A stretch of 64,000 nt of DNA, taken from Dehalococcoidia bacterium. GTDB lineage: Bacteria > Chloroflexota > Dehalococcoidia > Lucifugimonadales > Australimonadaceae. The notes beneath the pieces are model-generated. The model saw nothing but the letters and a program-made list of their open reading frames with translations. It ran no database searches and was not told the DNA's origin. The translations under genes and the position numbers were made by a program. This document shows positions 44,532-54,780 of this stretch, one piece after another. The DNA lies in NCBI GenBank assembly GCA_963579135.1, contig CAUZFB010000007.1, positions 6,337 to 70,336 on the forward strand. Direction: 5' to 3'. The first letter of the stretch is position 1, and each line of letters begins with the position of its first letter.

Positions 44532-45452
44532 GATCTGAGTGAGCGTGTCCTCAACAGCCCAGACGCCAATGCGCCGGGCCCCGGCGTCACGCCAGCGGGC
44601 GATGCCTTCGCGCAGCTCACCGCCGTCACCGACGAGGTAGTGTCCCGCTGCGGGATCATAGGGCTCCCTCGTGATAGTCTCAATACGTGGGCCCATCTCA
44701 CGGTGGGCACGCGGGCCATCTGAATCCACGTGAAAGAACATCGTGTTGACGGCGTTGGGGAAAGACTCGGCGTCCTTGCTGTACTTCGGCAGTTCGTCGT
44801 TCAAGCGGCCCAGGCCATCGGCGAAGCTCTCCGGCGTACCATGCCATGCTGACGCGATCCATCCGTCAGCCAGGCGCGCGACTCGGCGCACGCCCGCTGG
44901 CGCTCCCCACGACGATAAGTAGATCGGGGGCGAAGGTTGTTGTGCCGAGTGCGGGAGCACCGAGACGTCATCGAAGTTGTAGTAGGGGCCGTTGTGAGAG
45001 GCGTGCGCGTTCGTCAGCAGATTGCGCAGGGCGGGGACGGCGTCCTCCAGCATCTTGCGACGCTCCGCGAATGGGATGCCGAGCGCGTCGAAGTCGCTCG
45101 CCGTCGAGCCCTCGCCCACGCCGACGATCAGGCGGCCTTCGCAGAGCACATCGATGGTGGCGAACGTCTGCGCTATGGCCACCGGATTGCGCAGCGGCAA
45201 GCCGACTACGCCTGTCGCAAGATCCATGTTGAGGGTCGCCGCGCGCTCCGCGACGGCGCCGAGGAGGATCAGGCAGTCCATCCACGGGTTGAACCACACG
45301 ATGTGGTCGGTGACCCAGACGTGGGTGAAGCCGGAGCCGGCTGCCGTTTCCACGATCTCGACGAGCTGGCGCGCGGTCGCGGGCTTGCCATCGCTGCCGG
45401 GCAAAATGCGCACGGGAAGGTGGATACCGAATTCAGGAGCGATGTTGGCCAT
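44496..45452 (-). CDS. LLM-class oxidoreductase (F420/FMN-dependent)
   Basis: FTHVWVTDH and CEGRLIVGVGEGSTASDF are LLM patterns. Confidence 0.9.
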   Translation of the reverse strand: MANIAPEFGIHLPVRILPGSDGKPATARQLVEIVETAAGSGFTHVWVTDHIVWFNPWMDCLILLGAVAERAATLNMDLATGVVGLPLRNPVAIAQTFATIDVLCEGRLIVGVGEGSTASDFDALGIPFAERRKMLEDAVPALRNLLTNAHASHNGPYYNFDDVSVLPHSAQQPSPPIYLSSWGAPAGVRRVARLADGWIASAWHGTPESFADGLGRLNDELPKYSKDAESFPNAVNTMFFHVDSDGPRAHREMGPRIETITREPYDPAAGHYLVGDGGELREGIARWRDAGARRIGVWAVEDTLTQIKNFGKEVISRI

Positions 45453-45494
45453 GGTGACCTGCCTGTTGGGCTTGGCTTTACTGCGCTTGACGCG

Positions 45495-46271
45495 CTATTG
45501 GGAGTTCAGTGTCTTCTTTAGGGAAAGGAAGCCGCGAGCGCCTTCAATGATGAAGTCACGGGCAGATGCGGTCAGCATCTGAACGCCGAGCCCCATGAGG
45601 CGGTCGACCTGCGCTTCGAAGGTGTCGTTGAGCCACACGTAGCTGCTCACCCACTTGCCAGATTCGCGGGCAGAGCGAATGGCGTGGTCTGCCACCGCTT
45701 GGACTTCAGAGCGATCCGGCATCCCCATGGACTGCCAAAGGTCTTTGGGGCCGACCTGCATGATGTCAATGCCTGGTGCTGCGAGGAGCTCCAAGATGTT
45801 GTCGACCGCGTCCTTTTCCTCGACCTGGACGGTGATTAGTGTCTCGCGGTTGGAGAACTCGGCGTATTCCTCCTCGGTGACGCCAATGCCGAAGTCGCCC
45901 GAGCGAGCGACCGCAAAGAAGGAGCGATCGCCCAATGGGTAGAAGCGCGCGGCTGCGACGACATCCTCAACGTCATCCGGCGTATTCACGCGCGGCACAT
46001 GGATACCCTGCGCGCCGGCATCCAGCGCTCGTAGAATCAGGTCAGGGTCGTTGGGCAGGCGGCATATGGTGGTCACGTTCGCCGCCTCGGCAGCACGCAG
46101 CGAGTGCAGCAGCGACAGCTCGTCAAACACCTCGTGCTCCATGTCGAAGACGACGTAGTCGATTCCGAGGACACCCAGGAGCTCAACAGTATCAGGAGAG
46201 TTGAAGCCAAGGGCGGCGCCCAAGGCAACGCCTCCGGACTCGAGCGTTTGCTTCAATTTGTTGGTTCGCAT
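45495..46271 (-). CDS. HpcH/HpaI-family class II (pyruvate) aldolase
   Basis: MRTNKLKQTLESGGVALGAALGFNSPDTVELLGVLGIDYVVFDMEHE. ATG 46269-46271 has a GGAG SD. The track extension overlaps the upstream gene. Confidence 0.9.
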   Translation of the reverse strand: MRTNKLKQTLESGGVALGAALGFNSPDTVELLGVLGIDYVVFDMEHEVFDELSLLHSLRAAEAANVTTICRLPNDPDLILRALDAGAQGIHVPRVNTPDDVEDVVAAARFYPLGDRSFFAVARSGDFGIGVTEEEYAEFSNRETLITVQVEEKDAVDNILELLAAPGIDIMQVGPKDLWQSMGMPDRSEVQAVADHAIRSARESGKWVSSYVWLNDTFEAQVDRLMGLGVQMLTASARDFIIEGARGFLSLKKTLNSQ

Positions 46272-46281
46272 GATGGCTCCG

Positions 46282-47502
46282 CTACTCGTCCACGCCCTGA
46301 CCAGCGTCGTGGAAATCGGGTGATGTAATATCGGCGAATCGCGCAGGGGCGAATGTCTCAGGGTTGAAGGTGAACGAGGGCGTTTCTCCGAACACCTGCG
46401 CGGCAATCATACGCGCAGTGATGGGTGCGAGGTGGATGCCCTTAGTGCTGTGGCCGGTGGCGAGCAACACGCCCTCAAGGCCGGGAACCGGCCCCACGAT
46501 CGGGTTGCGGTCGACACTCAGGGGGCGTGAACCAGCCAACTGCTCAACCACCTCAGCGTCCGCGAGATCAGGCAACACGTCGAGAGCACGCTGAATCAAC
46601 TCAAACTTGGCTTGCTCGGTGGGCTGGCGGTCGAAGTCGACACCACGGAACGCCTCGCGATCGTCGTAATCGCGGCCGCCGGTGCTACCAACGCTCCAAA
46701 GCCCGTCGAGTCTGCTGATCATATGGCCACGTACCGGCGAGCTGATGATGCATGGCAAGGGTTCGCCTGAGTAGCTGAGGAGCAGCCGTTCGCCCTTCAT
46801 GGGGCTTACAGGGACGGGGAATTGAAGCCAGTCCGCGCAGGCGTCAGCCCAGGGGCCAGGCGCGAGCACGACGGTGCCACAGGAGATCGTCTCGCTCCCG
46901 CAGACGACGCCGGTAATCCTTGCGTTTTCTCTCACGAGGGACGTGACGGTGCGGGTGAGTATCTGCGCGCCGTTGAGTTCGGCGCCGCGAGCCAACGCGA
47001 GGTTCAGGCGATAGCTGTCCAACTGCGCAGACTCTGGCTCGTAGGCGGCCCCGCGGACGGCCTCGGTGAGCCTGGGTTCGATACGGCGAACGTCCTCACC
47101 CGAGATCCAATCAGCAGAAACGAGCTTACGTTGCCACTCGAGGGACGCACGAATCATGTCCTCCTCGTCTTCATCGAGCGCGAGGCGCAACGCTGGTGGA
47201 CGTTGGTAGAGCACATCCATTCCGGTCAGCTCTTGGAGCTGCGGGACGAGGTCGATGAAATCCCCGTACGCCTCACGGCCCATGGCGAAGGAGTCGCCGG
47301 GCGTGAATTCAGTACCGAGGATGCTCAGTAGGCCGGTCGCATGAGCGGATGAGCCACTGCCTATGGCGTCCTTCTCAAGCACGACGACACTCGCCCCTCG
47401 ACGGGCAAGCTCATAGGCGATGGCGGCTCCGACGGCGCCCGCACCAACCACGACGACGTCCGCGGTGTTCGTGAATCCCGGCCGTTCTGGGCGGTTTGGC
47501 AA
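46282..47502 (-). CDS. FAD-dependent oxidoreductase (DAO/glycine-sarcosine oxidase family)
   Basis: DVVVVGAGAVGAAIAYELARRGASVVVLEK dinucleotide fold; 406 aa; TTG start. Confidence 0.9.
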   Translation of the reverse strand: MPNRPERPGFTNTADVVVVGAGAVGAAIAYELARRGASVVVLEKDAIGSGSSAHATGLLSILGTEFTPGDSFAMGREAYGDFIDLVPQLQELTGMDVLYQRPPALRLALDEDEEDMIRASLEWQRKLVSADWISGEDVRRIEPRLTEAVRGAAYEPESAQLDSYRLNLALARGAELNGAQILTRTVTSLVRENARITGVVCGSETISCGTVVLAPGPWADACADWLQFPVPVSPMKGERLLLSYSGEPLPCIISSPVRGHMISRLDGLWSVGSTGGRDYDDREAFRGVDFDRQPTEQAKFELIQRALDVLPDLADAEVVEQLAGSRPLSVDRNPIVGPVPGLEGVLLATGHSTKGIHLAPITARMIAAQVFGETPSFTFNPETFAPARFADITSPDFHDAGQGVDE

Positions 47503-47505
47503 CCT

Positions 47506-48258
47506 TTACGCTCGAACGCCAGCGGTCTCGCGCCAGTCGGCGTACAGAGGGTCGCCGTCCACGAAGGCTCGCTGAATGCCGTCGTACACCAACCAGAAGG
47601 TATCGAGAGTGACCCTGAGTGACTTGCGCACGGCGGCCTGCTCAAGGTCGCTCACGGCGTAATTCTCGATAGCGTAGGGACCAACGAGCATGTGCTCTTC
47701 ATCGACGGCCATATGAATCGTCCAGTACAGGATTTCATCGGAGTCCCGGTCGAAGCCATAGTGGTCGACGAGGCCGTTGACGACCTTCTGCATCCGCCCA
47801 CTTGCGGTACCTTCTAGGGCCATGCCCTGGCATGCATAGAGCTCCAGCCATGAGCGCTGGCCGATGAGCAGCTCGCGCCAGGTGAGGAGGCCCTGGGTTT
47901 CAGGCAACGGCGGAGTCGCATCGAGCTCGGCTTGGGGAATACCGCACGCCTCACCGAATCGAATGTAGAGGTCGCGATGGCCAGCAGTATCGGTCTGGCC
48001 GCCGACCGCCTCTTCCATGAGATTCTCCATCCACATGCGTTCGAGCTCAGAATCCTCCGGTGAACGCGCGAACATGGCAGCGATTGGCTTGGGGAATGGC
48101 TTGGGGAAAAGCAGGTAGAACTGCTTGATGAAGCCCCGAAGCTGCTCCTTGGTGAGCTTGCCCTGTTCGATCATGTCGAAGACCGGGTGGTCCTTGCTGT
48201 GCTTAGCCGCGACCATCGCTTGCATCTCCGCGAGGAATTCCTTGGTGCTGACCGCCAT
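47506..48258 (-). CDS. heme-oxygenase-like fold protein (TenA/PqqC/CADD 'iron-containing redox enzyme' family)
   Basis: HPVFDMIEQGKLTKEQLRGFIKQFY is PqqC/TenA-like. Candidate metal ligands are ENLMEE...H94...E149...H182-MAV-D186-EE-H189. AAGGAGA SD. Confidence 0.8.
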   Translation of the reverse strand: MAVSTKEFLAEMQAMVAAKHSKDHPVFDMIEQGKLTKEQLRGFIKQFYLLFPKPFPKPIAAMFARSPEDSELERMWMENLMEEAVGGQTDTAGHRDLYIRFGEACGIPQAELDATPPLPETQGLLTWRELLIGQRSWLELYACQGMALEGTASGRMQKVVNGLVDHYGFDRDSDEILYWTIHMAVDEEHMLVGPYAIENYAVSDLEQAAVRKSLRVTLDTFWLVYDGIQRAFVDGDPLYADWRETAGVRA

Positions 48259-48425
48259 CGCTGTCTCCTTGCCTGCGGCTCCTACCTATAACGGTACGAG
48301 CCTTTCATTGGGGAAGCGTAGTGGACGGCCAAGTGGTATGCAACCGCTTGTTGCCGGGGCCGCACGAGCCCCATACCATGCCAGGGCTGACGCCAGAGCC
48401 GGTGTTACAACAGGAGGCCTGTAGC

Positions 48426-49367
48426 GTGACAGAGTTCGGAGTTTCGCTCCCCAATATAGGCATGCGCGACCCGCAGGCGGTGCGGCTTGTCGCTGAGCAA
48501 GCCGAGGCCGCAGGGCTCGATTCAGTATGGGCCGCTGATCACGTCGTATTGCCAACGGAATCGACGTCGCCGTATCCCTACCACGTTGATGGGGAGTTCC
48601 TGATTCCTCCTGGCATGCCATTCATGGACCAATTTACGTGCCTCGCTTACGTCGCGGGCATCACGTCGAAGGTCAAGTTGGGCACCGCCATTAACCTACT
48701 GCCGCTCCGCCACCCGCTGGCCGTCGCTAAGACCGTCGCGACGTTGGATGTGCTGTCTAGCGGCCGCGCGATCCTGGGCGTCGCGGCTGGTTGGCTCGCC
48801 GAGGAATTCGACGCTCTCGGTCTGGAGTTCAAGAACCGAGGCAGGATGCTGGACGAGGGCATCGAGGTGCTGCGGGAGATATGGACGAAGCCCAATGCTT
48901 CGTTCGATGGCGAGTTCTATAAGTTCCGGGACGTAGCTGCCTACCCGCAGCCCGCACAGCAGCCCTACCCGCCCATCTGGGTTGGCGGGCACACGAAGCC
49001 GGTGATGCGCCGCGCCGCACGGGTTGGCGACGTGTGGCTTCCGCCCTTGTTCGGAACGACGCCAGCATCGCTTGCGGCATCGTTCGAGGGCGTGCGAGAC
49101 ATGGCTGAGCAGGCGGGGCGCCAACGCGAGGCGGTGAATCTGGCCTTGCGCGTGCTGGTCGATCTGCGCGAGGAGCCGGACGCCACTGGGCCAGCGACAC
49201 GTGGCACGGTGCTCGGGCCAGCGACCCAGGTTGCCGAGGTACTAGCGAGCTACATAGACATCGGCGTCAGCCATTTCGTGCTGCTGCCTCAGGCACGCAC
49301 GCTAGGCGATGTTCAGCGGACGGTGCAGATCTTGGCAGAGGACGTGATTCCGCAGGTGAGAGGATAG
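48426..49367 (+). CDS. LLM-class oxidoreductase (F420-dependent type)
   Basis: VTEFGVSLPNIG...DSVWAADHVV...SSGRAILGVAAGWLAEEF. GTG 48426 has AGGAGG 8 nt upstream. Confidence 0.88.
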   Translation: MTEFGVSLPNIGMRDPQAVRLVAEQAEAAGLDSVWAADHVVLPTESTSPYPYHVDGEFLIPPGMPFMDQFTCLAYVAGITSKVKLGTAINLLPLRHPLAVAKTVATLDVLSSGRAILGVAAGWLAEEFDALGLEFKNRGRMLDEGIEVLREIWTKPNASFDGEFYKFRDVAAYPQPAQQPYPPIWVGGHTKPVMRRAARVGDVWLPPLFGTTPASLAASFEGVRDMAEQAGRQREAVNLALRVLVDLREEPDATGPATRGTVLGPATQVAEVLASYIDIGVSHFVLLPQARTLGDVQRTVQILAEDVIPQVRG

Positions 49368-49369
49368 CT

Positions 49370-50212
49370 TTGGGCTCGCAGTACGAAACAGGTGCGATTG
49401 AAGTCGCGAGCGGTGTGTACGCGTTCGTCCAAGCGGGCGGCTCCACCGACGCCGGATTCATCGTCGACCGCGATGGTGTAGTCGTCATCGATACACTGAT
49501 GACAGCCTCGCTGGCGAGCCACCTGATGGCAGAGGTGCGCAGGGTGACGGACTCGCCCGTGCGTCACATCATCAACACGCACTGGCACGGCGACCATGTC
49601 TTCGGAAACGCGGTGCTCCCGCGCGTGCCGATCATCGCTCACGACACGTGCAGGGAAGACCTGCTTGCCGAGTGGGACGGCCATCGGGAGTTCTTGCGCG
49701 ATCTATACCCCGCACTGTGGCCGGAGATGGAGCCACTGGAGGCCACTCCGCCTGACGTTACCTTTGAGACGAAAGCGACCCTCCACCTGGCGAGCACGTC
49801 AGTAGAGCTGCTGTTTCTGGGGCGCGCGCACACGCGAGGCGACGTGGTGGCGTACCTGCCCGATGTGGGGGTTGCGTTCGCGGGTGATTTGGCGTTCCAC
49901 AAATACATACCAAACGCGCGCGATGGGTTTCCGGCTGACTGGATCACGGCGGCGGCGAGGCTGGAAGAGCTGAGCGCAGATGTCATCGTGCCAGGCCACG
50001 GGCCTGTGGGCTCCAACGCGGAACTACACGAGATGCAGGAATGCCTGGAACTAGTCGTCGGCCAGGTGCGGCAGTCGTACGAGACGGGACTAAGCGAAGA
50101 GCAGGCACGCGCCGCACTGCGGTTGGGGCCGTTCGCCGAGTGGGGACGGCAGGAGGACCGGCTGCCTGGGGTCGTGCGACGAGCCTACATGGAGCTACGC
50201 GGCGAGTTGTAG
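49370..50212 (+). CDS. MBL-fold metallo-hydrolase
   Basis: HTHWHGDH motif, with later PGHGPVG. TTG start 2 nt after the upstream stop, with GAGAGGA SD. Confidence 0.88.
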   Translation: MGSQYETGAIEVASGVYAFVQAGGSTDAGFIVDRDGVVVIDTLMTASLASHLMAEVRRVTDSPVRHIINTHWHGDHVFGNAVLPRVPIIAHDTCREDLLAEWDGHREFLRDLYPALWPEMEPLEATPPDVTFETKATLHLASTSVELLFLGRAHTRGDVVAYLPDVGVAFAGDLAFHKYIPNARDGFPADWITAAARLEELSADVIVPGHGPVGSNAELHEMQECLELVVGQVRQSYETGLSEEQARAALRLGPFAEWGRQEDRLPGVVRRAYMELRGEL

Positions 50213-50217
50213 GGGAC

Positions 50218-50787
50218 CTAGCGGTTCAGCTCGATGGGCGCAGAGCAGTCGCCGGTGGCCTCGTCGATGTGATTGAGGCGCTGGCCCCTGCCCTTCATGA
50301 GGACGATCTCCAACGCACCACGCTCCTCGGCTGCTTGCCGATGGACGTTGAACGGCTCGTTGTACAGGTAGCCGAACTCGCCTTCCATGATGTGGTGGTC
50401 CTGGACGACCTCAAGGTCGGCATGCGTTGAATCTGTGCCGTCGTCAGCTCTGCGCCATGACATGTAGCGCTCGCTGCCCTTGATGATGCCGATGACGACC
50501 CAGCCCTCGTGGGAGTGGACCGCCGTGGCGGTGTTTGGGGCGTACTCCGCCAGCAACAGCCTAAAACGCTGGTCAGGGTCATCGAGGAGCTTTCGACCCG
50601 GCAGGCCAGAGCTTATCGCGGCAGGCTCGCCGATCGTCCAGAGGGATTTCGTGTCGTTCTCTGCGATGAAGCGCTGAACAAGGTGCCCCATGTTAAGGAC
50701 CGCCTCCATGCTGTCGCCCCAGACGTCCAATGCCGCGCCGACGTCGTCGCCAAACTCTTCCAGGGTGTACAGGCCGCTGAACGCCAT
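50218..50787 (-). CDS. cupin-fold metalloprotein (cysteine-dioxygenase-type DSBH, tentative)
   Basis: 189 aa with TATAVHSHEGWVVIGIIKGSE and NVHRQ, a cupin metal-site pattern. Confidence 0.7.
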   Translation of the reverse strand: MAFSGLYTLEEFGDDVGAALDVWGDSMEAVLNMGHLVQRFIAENDTKSLWTIGEPAAISSGLPGRKLLDDPDQRFRLLLAEYAPNTATAVHSHEGWVVIGIIKGSERYMSWRRADDGTDSTHADLEVVQDHHIMEGEFGYLYNEPFNVHRQAAEERGALEIVLMKGRGQRLNHIDEATGDCSAPIELNR

Positions 50788-50927
50788 ATCGCTACATTAC
50801 TCCTCAAGGATGTTGCCGTACTTGCTCTCTGGGGGATCATGTTACGAGCACTCCAAGGGTCATTCAACACAGCGTCAGCTATACTCGCCAGCGCTACTCC
50901 ACACGCGAACTAGGAGCAAGGAACGCA

Positions 50928-52103
50928 ATGATCAATGGTCAAAAGGTTTTTGACGCTGACACCCACATCCACCCGTCGATCGAGGCGCTCGGACCGTACC
51001 TGAGTGAGGGCTTCAAGCGGAAAATGCCTGAGCTTGAGCAGTACCAGGTGGGCGCGCGCTCCGATCAGACGACGACGCCGCGCGAGGACCCCGAGCGCCA
51101 TCACTACGCTCTCGGTCTCACTCCGTTCCGGCGCGTGCTCGGCTCTGCTGCGGCCCAGGAAGCCCCGCAGGACGGCCATTCACGTCTTCACTTCGGCACG
51201 TACAGCGGCGACAAACTGCCAGCGGTGGGCGTCGTCGACGATGCGTTCGACCTCCGCGTAGTGGACATGGACGAGGAGGGTACGGACGTTCATATGATGG
51301 TTCCGGACGTGGGTATCGGCCTCTCTACGCTGGGAGATACCGACATCGAGATGGGGCTGATCGGCGCGTACCACCGGCTCGCTGACGATTTCATTGGGCG
51401 ACACAAGGGCCGCTTCATGGCACTGCTCGCGGTCTCAGGCACAAACGTAGAAGAATCCGCAGCCGAGATCAAACGCTGGGGGTCCTCAGACTGGGCCGCA
51501 GGCGTTCTGCCGTTCGCGTCGCTGCACCGCCCGCTGGATCACCCGGACATGGAGCCGATCTACGCGGCCGCAGCCGAGCATGATCTGCCCATCTTGCATC
51601 ACAGCATGACCTGGGTGGCGCCCTACTTCCCCGGCTACCGCGACATGGACGACAACCGCATGCTTGCACGCCTGTGCTCTCACCCATGGGGCGCGATGAA
51701 GTTCATGGGCTCGATGTTCGGCTCAGGCGTCCTGGACCGCTACCCGAACCTGCGCGTCGGTATCCTCGAGTCAGGCGTTGGTTGGCTGCCGTTCTGGCTG
51801 CGGCGTCTCGAAGAACAGATCGATTATGTTGGCTTCACAGCTGATCTTCAGAAAAAGGTCAACGAATACGTCGCGGACGGTCGCTTCTTCGCAAGTATCG
51901 AGATGACCGAGGAAGAGGACATGATCAAAATGGTCATGGACTTCGTTGGCGACAACGTTCTCATGTACGCCTCGGACTACCCCCACGCGGAGTGTGAGTT
52001 CCCCGATTCGCCGTCGCGAGTCATGGCGTGGAAGAGCATCCCGGAGTCGTCGATGCAAAAGCTTATGTGGGACAACGCTTCACGTTTCTTCGGGAGGAAA
52101 TAG
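50928..52103 (+). CDS. amidohydrolase_2 family protein
   Basis: DADTHIHPS, GILESGVGWLPFW and YASDYPHAE. Confidence 0.9.
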   Translation: MINGQKVFDADTHIHPSIEALGPYLSEGFKRKMPELEQYQVGARSDQTTTPREDPERHHYALGLTPFRRVLGSAAAQEAPQDGHSRLHFGTYSGDKLPAVGVVDDAFDLRVVDMDEEGTDVHMMVPDVGIGLSTLGDTDIEMGLIGAYHRLADDFIGRHKGRFMALLAVSGTNVEESAAEIKRWGSSDWAAGVLPFASLHRPLDHPDMEPIYAAAAEHDLPILHHSMTWVAPYFPGYRDMDDNRMLARLCSHPWGAMKFMGSMFGSGVLDRYPNLRVGILESGVGWLPFWLRRLEEQIDYVGFTADLQKKVNEYVADGRFFASIEMTEEEDMIKMVMDFVGDNVLMYASDYPHAECEFPDSPSRVMAWKSIPESSMQKLMWDNASRFFGRK

Positions 52104-52121
52104 GAGAGGCGCGCTCACTCG

Positions 52122-53384
52122 ATGGCTACTGAGGAGAAGCGCCCCACTGCGACCGAGGCATCCGCACCGGCAAGGCCTCGTGGCTACCTGTAAGTATTCC
52201 TGTCGCTGCACCTGCCGGCGCTCGCGATCGGGCTTGGCCAGGGCATCACGACACCAGTGCTGCCGATTTTCGCGCGTGACGAGTTCGGCGTGAGCGTAGC
52301 GGTCGCAGCCAACCTGTTCGTGGCGCAGATGTTGGGCGGGCTCGTTGCCAGCCTGCCCGTCGGCTACGCCATCGATAGGTGGGGGCGGCGGCGCGTGCTG
52401 CTCGCGGGGCCGATCATTGTGGGGTGTGCGCTCTTGGCGACGGCAACGGTGCAGTCGTTCGGAGTACTCCTGCTGTACCGGTTCATCGCAGGCGTCGGCA
52501 CGCAGATGTGGATGCTAAGTCGACTGACGGTCATCGCGGATGGTGGGGGCGGGTCACGGGCGCGGCAAATCACGAGCATGTTCGGCGTTCAGCGACTGGG
52601 GCTCCTGGCGGGGCCAATCATCGGTGGCGTGACGGCCGAGCTATTCGGTCTTCGGATCCCGTTCGTCCTCCACGGCATCGTCTCGTTGATGGCGGTGATT
52701 CCCAGTTTCCTAGTTGTCCAAGAGAGCAATCCGAATCCGAGAGGCCACGGTGGTAAGCAGTCCGCCAGCGACGAGCAATTCTCCTGGAAGCTTCTACTGA
52801 AGCCTCCGATACCGATCTTATACATCGCGCAAGTGTTCTCCACCATGACGCGCGGCGGTGCGATCGGCGGCGGAACGGTGTTTCTCTTCGGAGCTTACGT
52901 CTACAACGTCGACTCGCTGGACCTTGCCTTCCTGAGCAGCGCCATGGCATTGGCGGGAATACCCTTGACGCTGTCAGCCGGGTACATCATGGATCGCTTC
53001 GGTCGCAAGGTGACGGTGGTTCCTGGCCTTGCTCTGTTCTCGCTGTCCATGGTCTGGTTCGCAGTAACGGCAGCAGCGGGCTGGGGCTACTGGGCGTTCG
53101 TCGTTGGCTTCGTGTGGATGCAGCTGATCGGGGCTGGACTCTCCGGCTCAATGCAGACGATCGGCACGGACTTCGCTCCACCTTAAGCCAGGGGCCGCTT
53201 CTTCGGTGTCGGCCGCATGGTAAGCCAAGGCGGGTTCATGGCGAACCCACTCAGCTTCTCCGCGCTGGTGGCAGTCTCCGGGTATACGGCTGCATTCGCG
53301 TTCTTGGCAGGGACAGGCCTCGCATCGGCAGCCATTCTCGGCTTCCTCATCAAGGAGTCACTGCTCCGTGAAAAGGAAAGATGA
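52122..53384 (+). pseudogene. MFS transporter gene with two in-frame TAA codons (52191-52193 and 53184-53186)
   Basis: A single frame reads MATEEKRPTATEASAPARPRGYL-TAA-VFLSLHLPALAIGLGQGITTPVLPIFARDEFGVS...QTIGTDFAPP-TAA-ARGRFFGVGRMVSQGGFMANPLSFSALVAVSGYTAAFAFLAGTGLASAAILGFLIKESLLREKER-TGA. TM1 and TM11-12 lie outside the track ORF (52257-53186). No frameshifts. Confidence 0.75.
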
Positions 53385-53441
53385 TTGCCGGTCTAGCGGG
53401 GCTCGACACGGCCCTGCACGAACCCTAGACTCCGCAGCGCT

Positions 53442-53911
<470 letters not shown>

Positions 53912-53915
<4 letters not shown>

Positions 53916-54778
53916 TTCCCGCTGCATTCGAATATCACGCTCCCAAGACCCTTCGGCAGGCGGTTTCGACCCTACGCAAGTACGACGGCGAGGCCCGCGT
54001 GCTGGCGGGCGGCATGAGCCTCGTGCCAATGATGAAGCTACGGCTCGCTAACCTAGCAGCGGTGGTCGACCTCGGTCGCATCGACGGAATCTCGGGCATC
54101 GACGAAACCGCAGGAGGCCTGGCCATTGGTCCGATGACCACGCATTACGCCATCGAGTCGTCGGAGGCGGTCCAGCGCCTCGCGCCAATCCTCGCTGAGA
54201 CTGCAGCGCTAATCGGCGATGTGCAGGTGCGTAACCGAGGCACCATCGGCGGCTCCGTAGCCCACGCCGATCCGGCAGCAGACCTACCCGCCGCGTTGCT
54301 TGCGCTCGAAGCGACGTTCCGTATCGCTGGCGGCGCACGCCAGCGGACGGTGCGGGCCGACAAGATGTTCGTGGACGCGTACACCTCAGCGCTGGACGAG
54401 GGAGAGATCATCACCGCCGTGCGCGTTCCCGCAATAGCACCCCGAACAGGCTGGTCCTACCAGAAGCTTGCTAACCGCGCTTCGCGGTTTGCTGTGGTCG
54501 GCGTCGCAGCACTACTCATCACCGACACAGAGGGCACGTGCACGCGAGTGCGCGTCGCGGTCACGGGTGCGGGGCCCGCGCCGATCAGGGCGCGAGCGAC
54601 GGAACACTACCTAGCGGGTAAGCAAGTGACGTCCGAAAGCATCGCCAAGGCCGCTGTACGCGCGACCAACGGTATCGAGTTCCTCGGAGATGTCCACGGA
54701 TCACCCGAATACCGCGAGCATCTGACAGCGGAACTCACCAAACGAGCGCTCACTCAGGCGAGCGAGAGGATCGGCTAA
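53912..54778 (+). CDS. FAD-binding medium subunit of molybdopterin hydroxylase (CoxM-like)
   Basis: [17 protein letters not shown] and [15 protein letters not shown]. The ATGA overlaps the small-subunit stop. Confidence 0.93.
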
Positions 54779-54780
54779 CG

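Noticed and set aside
52191-53186. TAA reassigned as a sense codon in this organism
   Set aside because: TAA terminates well-conserved genes at their homology-expected ends elsewhere in the window (e.g. 920-922 and 13210-13212), so global reassignment is unlikely. Local read-through is left open in the findings.
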